From assembly GCA_009914755.4 (NCBI GenBank), contig CP086569.2, positions 21,504,001-21,568,000 of the forward strand: a stretch of 64,000 nucleotides of DNA. The letters are read 5' to 3'. Below the pieces are notes generated by a model. It saw only the letters and a list, made by a program, of their open reading frames with translations. It ran no database searches and was not told where the DNA came from. The DNA is from the human T2T-CHM13v2.0 reference genome, Homo sapiens. Below are positions 52,861-64,000 of this stretch, one piece after another (position 1 is the first letter of the stretch; each line of letters begins with the position of its first letter). The position numbers were made by a program, and so were the translations under genes.

Positions 52861-53077
52861 ACAGACTTCATCCACTAGCCCCAAAGAGGTGTCTTGCTCA
52901 AGTAAGTTTACTGGGAGTCTTGGACCCTTGACCTGACGGAAAGCTTCTTGCAGTAGAGGACAAGTGAACAGTTTTTTGTCAGAGTCTCTGCTGCTGGATG
53001 AGCTCTCAGGTTGCTCAGAGACCCCGAAGTCTCCCATTGAGCACTGCTGTTCACCCCTTCCCTTTCCTTTTTCTTTC

Positions 53078-53361
53078 TTTTTTTTTTTTGAAATGGAGTC
53101 TTGCTCTGTCACCCAAGCTGGAGTGCAGTGTCACAATCTTGGCTCACTGCAACCTCTGCTTCTTAGGTTCAAGATATTCTCCTGCCTCAGCCTCCTGAGT
53201 AGCTGGGATTACAGGTGCCCAAAACCACACCCGGCTAATTTTTGTATTTTTAGTAGAGATGAGATTTCACCATATTGGCCAGGCTGGTCTTAAACTTTTG
53301 ACCTTTTGATCTCAGCCTCCCCAAGTGCTGTGATTACATGCATGAGCCACTGTGCCCAGCA
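53078..53361 (-). mobile_element. Alu, antisense
   Basis: tttttttttgaaatggagtcttgctctgtcacccaagctggagtgcagtg…catgagccactgtgcccagc. Confidence 0.85.
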
Positions 53362-55084
53362 CCCCTTCCTTTCTTATCTGATGCTGTAAAATCCCCTTCC
53401 TTGTCTCTTCCTCTTTTCCATGCCTATTGGGGCAAAAAACAAAACAAAACAAAAAACTGGCCATATATATGGGTTCCAATTTTGCAAATAATTTGAAATC
53501 TGTTGTCTCCTGTAGGTTAAAACAATAATTAATGTGCTTGTTTAAGTGTGTACACAGGTATTTTGGTGTATGTTAGGTCTAACATGCTATCAAATTGGCT
53601 TATAAATTAAAGAGGACTCATAAATTTCTAAACATATTATAAAAAGAATGTTGTGTCTCCTAAAATGTAACATAAATATTTTTACCGAGGTAAATTATTA
53701 ATGTCTTAGATTTTAAAATGGTTGAAATGGTTTTAAATGGGGACTAGCTCTGTGTGGTATCTTGTTTTTTGGAGGTTGTCTACATAAAAGTGTTGTAAGT
53801 GAAAAAGTTAAACACATATGAATAGAACAGATGCTTAAATAGTGAGTTTTTGTATAGTTAAAAATCTTAAAATTATCAAATGATTTTCATCTATAGAATT
53901 CCAATGCCTGGTGGACAGTTCAGGACTTCTTGCTTCCTAGGTTTTATATAAAATGTCCCAAGGAAATGTATTCTTTATTAGGAAAATGATTTCTGTCTAA
54001 TTCCAAAGTTATTAAAATGGAAGTTCAAAATATGATGAGATCAGTGGTAGAAAAAAGAGATATTGAGAATTTTATGAATAGAAAATGTGATTTTTTTTTT
54101 TGCTAGGAAGAATATATGAAGAAGGAGTAATTTGTTATAAGGATGGATACTTACAGTAAACTCTCGTTCTAGAGTAGAAAGATTGGTTTTAAGAAAGAGG
54201 TAGTATAAGAGAAGTCAGAAAGTCCAAACATGTTGTATATGATCCGTGTAAGTTGTGATAAGGTTCATAAAGTGGAATTTATAAAAGTAATTTTGTGTGT
54301 GATTAAGCTAACTATACCTAAAAGGAAATTGTTTATAACAGTCTCTCTTAAAAAAAAAAGTTATATGTGTTAAAACCAAACTTTCTTGACATTAATTTTC
54401 TAAATTGCCAATTTTACTTTTCAATCTTTTAATCTATTTCTTTTTTAAAAAAATTGTCAGATTTATATAACTCTCCTTTAGCTTTTTGTCAGCTCCTGTG
54501 AGTTTTTCTCTGATTTTCATTGTTTTTATTGCCTGGTGCTAAGGTGTTTTGTCTTAATTTTATGCCTACATTCACAAGGTTCCCCAACATAAAAATAAAA
54601 CATTGCTCTTCTCCACAAGGGAAAGAAATGGTTCCCTGTTCAACCAAAAGAGTTAGTTTTACTAAAAAGAAGAATCCTTGTTGATCAATTTCAATAAAAT
54701 TGTAATTTCCACTGGGTATTGTTAAATATCATCCCCACTGTTACACATCAGAAAATAACTACTTAGATAGACCTATCAATGATTAAACCTGTTTCTTATG
54801 AGTCATAGCCACAGAAGGAGGATGCCACAATCTATCTCAGCAAACCTCAGGAAAACTTTCCTTACCTGTTTTAAAGAATCAGCACTCAGCCAGAGTGGTA
54901 ATGTGCTGCTGCGTGTGGGAATAGAGACATTATTTTCATGTCTTCATGACTGTAATACTTCTTTTCTATCACTTTAGCCAGCCACCTCTTCCTGGGAAAT
55001 GCCTCTCTTCTTCTTAGATGTTGAGACCACCTAAGGCTCAAACAGACACTATGCTACCACTGTTAGTGTTCTATGCTGTCTCAA

Positions 55085-55640
55085 TTATCTTGATTCAGGG
55101 TGGGTGGAAACTGCCAAGACCAGCTTAGTCATGGAGACCCTAACTTAGTGGTGCTAGAGGAATTAAAGACACACAGAAATATAGCCATGTGGAATGGGAA
55201 AATCAGGAGACCCACAGCCTTCAGAACTGAGAGCCCTGAACAGAGATTTACCCACATATTTATTGACAGCAAGCCAGTGATAAGCATTATTTCTATAGAT
55301 TATAGATTAAAAGTATTCCTTATGGGAAACAAAGGGACAGGCCAAAACAAAGAGATTGGCTTTTGCTAGTTATCTGAAGCAGAAACATGTCCTGAAGGCA
55401 CAGATCGCTCATGTTATTGTTTGTGGTTCAGGAACACCTTTAAGCAGTTTTCTGCCCTGGGTGGGCCAGGTGTTCCTTGCCCTCATTCTGGTAAACCCAC
55501 AACCTTCAATGTGGGCATCATGGCCATAATGAACATGTCACATTGCAGCAGAGATTTTGTTTATGGCCAGTTTTGGGCCCAGTTTATGGCCAAATTTGGG
55601 GGCCTGTTCCCAACAGACAGAAAACTTTAGAATAAATATT
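55085..55640. repeat. unclassified LTR-like repeat (possible solo LTR)
   Basis: A compact block different in composition from its flanks, with tttattgac and aataaatatttc motifs. It carries the artefact ORFs 55100-55369 and 55421-55630. No family is recognised from memory. Confidence 0.25.
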
Positions 55641-56299
55641 TCAAAAAATTGTAGTGACAGGAAATCATTTTTATGGTTGCTAGGTTTGTTATTAGCATCC
55701 CCAGGATAGAGAGTTCTATCTTCTGACCTATTAAAAACATCTCATAGCCATGTTCCCAGATTTCCTAACTAACCAGAGTGATCCCAGAGCACACAAACCT
55801 TTAGTACTTAAGTGGAAATCTCCCTAACTTAATGGCTTCTACCTGAAACCCTCCCCACCACCATTACTTGTATCTGGAAAATTAGGTATTTATATCTCCA
55901 GTGCAGTAATGATTCTTTTGCACCAATGTTGTCTCATTAAAACAAAAGTAGAAGCTTCTCTGTGATGCTCTGATCCAAATATAGGTGACCAGTTTGCAAG
56001 GCCACAGTGTAGTAAATGGAATTCCACTTGTGAGGAGACCATATGCAGTGCCTTCTCCCAGAGTTAGAAAATACAAGTGAAAAACAACTACTTATTATGG
56101 GAACATGAGAGTATTGCCCTCGTTAAAAAAAATAAATAAAAATTGTTACAGCACTCCCAGTGAAATGAGAAAAATATCTTTATGGATTCAACTTGGCCTA
56201 GCAAAGGATTAGCATCACACCCTGCAGGCCATCTTTTTATATCCCAATTTGGCTCCTTTTTCTTTGTGGCCATGAATAGGAAGGAGTCATGCTTTGTGA

Positions 56300-56950
56300 C
56301 TACTTCCAGCTGCCTGGGGAGTCACATGTTCTTTTAGATGTAGCTTTCACTTATATTTGAAAACTTCAAACAGAGGAAAATGTAATTGGCTACCTTTGCC
56401 CCTCTGGGTGTCATTGTCTGTTACCCCATAGGACCTTAGAAAACCAAAAGTAAGCAAGCAATAGGGTTAATTCTGGCAGAAATTAAGGCAGCAATACGAC
56501 TAGTGGCACACTGGGGTTGCTTTGCTTGCCTCAAGATAACTCTCAAGAACTTTATTTAAATCCTTTAGATTCTAAATCCTAGAATCCTTAGCCACCAACA
56601 AAAATCAGGCACTACAGGGAATTCAAGAGTGCTTAGACTCTTTGGCAAATGTAGTTCTTGATAATGGAGTACTGTTGGATTGTTTACTGACATGACAAAC
56701 TGAAGTCTGTGAAGTTAAAAAACTGCTGCACATATATTAACAACTCTGAACAGGTTAAGGTTAACATTCAAAAGATCTATGAGCATGCTACCTGGTTACA
56801 TAGATATAACCAGGACACTGACCCCAAATATGTCATGTTAACTGTCAAAAATCACTTTCCTAGTCTCACCTGGACTTTACATCTCCTAGGACCTTTGATA
56901 GCTGTCTTGCTGTTACAATTCTTGACCCTTACTTCTTTAACTTCTTAGTA
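56300..56950 (+). pseudogene. class I ERV env TM fragment, family unassigned
   Basis: Translation reads …QECLDSLANVVLDNGVLLDCLLT…, which is ISD-like. ORF 56709-56948 ends with the membrane anchor LLGPLIAVLLLQFLTLTSL. Confidence 0.55.
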
Positions 56951-56999
56951 AAGTTTATGTCTTCTAGATTATAACAGTTCCAAGTAAAGGCAATGCAGG

Positions 57000-57590
57000 C
57001 ACAAACCTGCCAAACAACCCTGCCTGCTGTCTGAGAGTTTCCTGAAAGTTTTCTGCTTCCAGGCCCCTTAAATTAGGTATCCAGTGAGTTTTGCTTCTCT
57101 GAGAGTAGACAGGGTCTACATCCATAAACGCAGCAGGAAGCAATTACAGAAGACAGACCCCTGCCCTTCTGTAGCCCCTTTAAGATTAAGGAGGAGTTTC
57201 TAATCTCTGGAGAGGGAATGAGGCAAGAGGCAGGACTAGAATCCAGAGGCTCAGGCACTGGACCAAGTTAAGGACTAGCTAAAACAGGGATGGGGCAGAA
57301 GCAGTCTTCCATAACATATGACCCCAGTGTGCAATATCAGTTTACCATTGCCATGGCAATGGGACTGGGACATATCACCTCTTTTCAGGGCAGTGACCAG
57401 ATGACCCAAAAGTTACTATCACTTCCTGGGAAATGTCTGTATAAACCACTTCTTCATGTACATGTAATAAAAAGTAGATATAAATATAACTGCAGAACTG
57501 CCACTGAGCTGCTACTCTCAGCATACTGCCTATGGGGTACCCCTGATCCATGAGGATCAATACTTCGGCTGCTACTGTGCACTGCCACTT
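57000..57590 (+). repeat. LTR-like segment downstream of env fragment (putative 3' LTR)
   Basis: Has tataaa at ~57440 and aataaaagttgctgtgtaaaaccac near its end. It follows the env TM remnant. Confidence 0.35.
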
Positions 57591-57729
57591 AAATAAAAGT
57601 TGCTGTGTAAAACCACTGGTTTGCCCTCGAATTCTTCCCTGGGAAAAGCCAAGAACTCTCTTGGGTAAACCACAATTGTGGGGCTTACCTGCCCTTGAAT
57701 TAGTATTACTTTAGGTCTCTTTTCATTAG

Positions 57730-59900
57730 TGATTTATTTGGATATGCTTTTCCTCTTGTTTAGCCTACTTAGGGGTATATCAATTTTATTTATTTACTTG
57801 AGCCACCAACTTATTTTTTCATAACTTATTTCTATTTTCTTTGCTTTTACTATGTTCTTTTTACTTGTGTTAATTTTGTTTGCTTTGTTTTGGCTTTCTT
57901 AGTTTCTTAAGGTGCATGGTTAGGTGATTTATTTGAAACCTTTCCATATTTTTGATGTAGGTAATAATTGCTGTAATCTTCCTTCTTACCACTGTTGTTA
58001 TATTACCATGTTTTGCATAGTTTCCACAGTTTCTTTTCATGTTAATTTCTAGTTTTACTTCACTGTGGTCAGAGAAGATACTTCATGTAGTTTGAATTGA
58101 AAAATTTTTGTGCAGACTTGTTTTGTGGCCTAACATGTGGTCTATACTTTGTAAAGTGCCAGGTACTAAAGGGAGGAGAGTATATTTTGCAGTTGTTGGG
58201 CCTAATGTTCTACAATTATTTCTTAAGTTTATTTGGTTTAGAGTTCAACTTACATCCATTTATTTCATTAACTTTTGTCCAATGATTTGTCTAATGCTGA
58301 CAGTCGGGTTTTGCATTTTTAAACTGTTTTTGACTTAAAGTTTGTTTTCAGTGACATAAATGTAGCTACCTCTGCTTGCTTGTTGTTTTAATTTTTACAT
58401 CCCTCCGTCTTCAACTGGGTGTTTTTGTATGTGAAAAGAGATTTTTACAGGTTTCAGAAAATTGCATCATGTTTTATTTCCATTCAGGTAGTATATATAT
58501 TTTTAAGTGAAATATTTAATTCACTTATGTCTAAGGTTATTATTGATCTATGAGTTTTGTTAGCACTATGTTGTAAATTGTTTTCTAATTGTTTTGTTCT
58601 CCAGTTTTTCTCTTACTGATTTTCATTCTGGTTTGGTATTTTAGTGTAATGGGATGTGTTGAGTTCTTTATTTTTTTCATTTGTGTGTTTTACTTACCTA
58701 TGAGTTTTAAACTTTTTGGTGTTATCATGATAATAAATATTATAAATATTTTTCTTTCTCTTCCACATGTAACACTCTGTTTTGCATTTCTTATAGGGAC
58801 AGTCTAAAGAAGATAAACTCTTACATCCTTTTTTTTTTTTTTTTTTTTGAGACAGGGTCTTGCTGTATCATGCAGGATGAAGTGTAGTGGCATGATCTCA
58901 GCTCACTGCAACCACTGTCTCCCAGATTCAAGCAATTCTCCTGCCTCAGCCTCACAAGTCCTGGAACTACAGGAAGGTGCCACCGTGCTTGGCTAATTTT
59001 TGTATTTTTGGCTACTTTTTGTATTTTTAGTAGAGTCAGAATTTCACCAGGTCAGCCAGGCTGGTCTCAAACTCCTGATGTCAAGCGATCTGCTTGCCTC
59101 CTCCTCCTAATATGCTGCTATTACAGGCATGAGCCACTCTACCCAACTGTACATTGCTTATTTGCTTGACAAAAGCTGTTCATACTTTATTTATAAATAT
59201 TTGTTTTGCTGGATATCATATCCTTGGGTGGTAATTTTTTATTTTATTTTATTTTTTATTCCAAGCACTTTGAATATATCATTTTATATTCTCCAGCTTG
59301 TAAGGTTTCTGCTAAGCATTCCACTTTTGGCCTAATGAGATTTCCTTTATAGGTGACTAAATGAGTGTACTTATCTTACTGTCTTTTGCTTTGACTTTAG
59401 ACAGTTGTGCTATAGAATTTAATCTTTCTGAATAATATCTCTTTGGGGATCTTCAGGCCACTTGTATTTGGGTGCCTAGATTTTTTGCCTGACTTCAAAA
59501 ATTTACATAGAATTTTTTTAAATAGGTTTTTAAATCATTTTATTTTCTCTTTGCCCTTTGTTACACAAATAATGCCGATATTTATTTTCTCTAGGTTTTC
59601 TCAAATGTCATAAATTCTTTCCTCAATCTCTTTTAGCTTCAAGTCTTCCAAAAGACTTTAAGTTTTGAGATTCATCTGCTTGATATACTCTATTGTTGAA
59701 AATTTTGGACATTATTTTTAATTCAATGAGTTCTTTACTTTCAGTATTTGTTTCTTTGTTTTATGTTAAAAAACTCTCTAGTAAATTTCATACATATATT
59801 CTCAATTGGTTTTCTGATTTCTATGTCTTATTTTTCACAACATGTATCTCAAAAGCTTCTATAAAATCAGCCATTTGAATTACTTATCTGGAAGATAATT
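57730..59900 (-). mobile_element. old L1 fragment, antisense (ORF2-EN to ORF1 region), with Alu insertion
   Basis: Antisense of the L1 EN region at ~58050 (cactgtggtcagagaagatacttcatgtagtttgaat…). Antisense of the ORF1 C-terminus at ~59390 (ctttgactttagacagttgtgctatagaat). Confidence 0.55.
58836..59146 (-). mobile_element. Alu, antisense, with a ~19-bp internal tandem duplication
   Basis: T×18 gagacagggtcttgc…catgagccactctacccaac. The duplication reads ggctaatttttgtatttttggctactttttgtatttttag. Confidence 0.85.
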
Positions 59901-60708
59901 ATTACTATTAGTTATTGTTATAGATTTGGTGTGTACAAGTGTACTTTTCTTACATGGATATATTGCATAGTGCTGAAGTCTGGGCTTTCAGTGTACTCAC
60001 CATCTGAATAGTGAATATTGAACACAATAGGTAGTATTTCATCATTCATCCCCTTCCCAAATTCTTATCTTTTGGAGCCTTCAACATTTATTATTCCACT
60101 CTGTGTGTCCATGTGTACTCATTTATTAGCTTCCACTTAAAATAAAAAATGTGTAGCATGTGGCTTTTGTCTCCTCCTCATTTCATTAGAACAATGGCAT
60201 TCCTTCCATCTATATTGCTGCAAAACACATAGTTTCATTCTTTTATTATGACTGGGTACTCTTCCCTGATGTGGGTATGTTTGTAACATATTAAAATCCA
60301 ATTATTTATTAAGAGATGTCAGGCTGATTTTATAACTTTACTATTCTGAATGGTGCAGTTGTCTTTGTGACATAATGATTTCTTTACTTTTGGGTAGATA
60401 TTCAGGAGTGAGATTGATGAATTGAAGGATTGCTTTATTTGCAGATTTTTCAGGAGTTCTCTGTTTTATTTTCCACAGAGAATGCACTAAACTCCAACAA
60501 CTGCTGTATATGCATTTTCTTTCTTTCATATGCTTGCCAATATTTATTGATTTTTGACTAATAATAATGAATGTTCAAACTGGTGTAACATAGTATTTCA
60601 TCATGATTTTAATTTGGATATCTCTGACAGTTAATGATGCTGAGCATTTTATTTATTGGTCACTTGTATATCTTCTTTTGAAAAAGAATGTTTGTTTTCC
60701 TTGACTAC
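59900..60708 (-). mobile_element. old L1 3' fragment (3'UTR + ORF2 C-terminus), antisense
   Basis: Antisense of the old-L1 3' end (…aagtggaagctaataaatgagtacacatggacacacag…). Minus ORF 60341-60529 is the ORF2 C-terminus. Confidence 0.55.

Positions 60709-64000
<3,292 letters not shown>

Noticed and set aside
55100-55630. Two adjacent ORFs (89 aa and 69 aa) in the unclassified LTR-like block as small protein genes
   Set aside because: They have no recognisable domain and are short. They lie in a repeat-like segment with polyadenylation-type motifs, so they are most likely chance ORFs.
57591-57620. TGGTTTGCCCTCG… after an LTR-like end as a primer-binding site
   Set aside because: It lies downstream of an env TM remnant, which makes it a 3' LTR context. 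It also does not match a tRNA 3' end I can recall. Probably coincidental, but noted inside a finding.

Overview
This window is primate (human-like) nuclear DNA and is almost entirely interspersed repeats. I found no convincing cellular protein-coding exon, RNA gene or CRISPR array; prokaryote-style gene calling does not apply. Every long ORF in the six-frame track is a retroelement remnant. Main features, left to right:

- 1-512: a young L1 3' fragment (+) sitting inside an older L1 (-) that runs to about 5290.
- ~6400-13320: a near full-length old L1 (-) carrying an Alu and a 51-nt poly(T).
- 14341-23155: a structurally complete class I provirus. It has two LTRs of 417 and 419 bp, a tRNA-Glu-like primer-binding site (PBS) which makes it HERV-E-like, a polypurine tract (PPT), a gag-pro-pol-env layout with all ORFs broken, and a perfect 4-bp target-site duplication (TSD) ACAG.
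- 25416-25732: an AluYb8 with a 12-bp TSD and a 29-A tail.
- ~26590-28935: an old L1M-like fragment.
- 28937-35080: an ERVK-like (class II) element with a 5' LTR, betaretrovirus-like gag-pro-pol, a truncated env and no 3' LTR.
- 35437-41211: a second class I provirus, HERV-F/H-like by its tRNA-Phe-like PBS. It is inserted into an old Alu, has a 4-bp TSD, and holds the longest intact ORF in the window (275 aa, pol).
- ~41341-45747: mixed old L1 fragments and Alus.
- 45748-51830: a near full-length but dead L1PA (+).
- 52400-57700: class I ERV remnants (gag CA, env TM, LTR-like segments) whose family I could not assign.
- 57730 to the end: nested L1s (-). These include a 547-bp L1HS-Ta-like 3' fragment with its ACA diagnostic, a 16-nt tail and an 11-bp TSD, inserted into an older L1PA.

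I saw nothing I would call a new biological system. The points most worth a second look are the two youngest insertions (AluYb8 and the L1HS-Ta fragment), the intact HERV-E-like provirus with its TSD, the ERV inserted into an Alu, and several very long homopolymer and microsatellite tracts. All coordinates are by-eye estimates and are good to roughly 10-50 bp.
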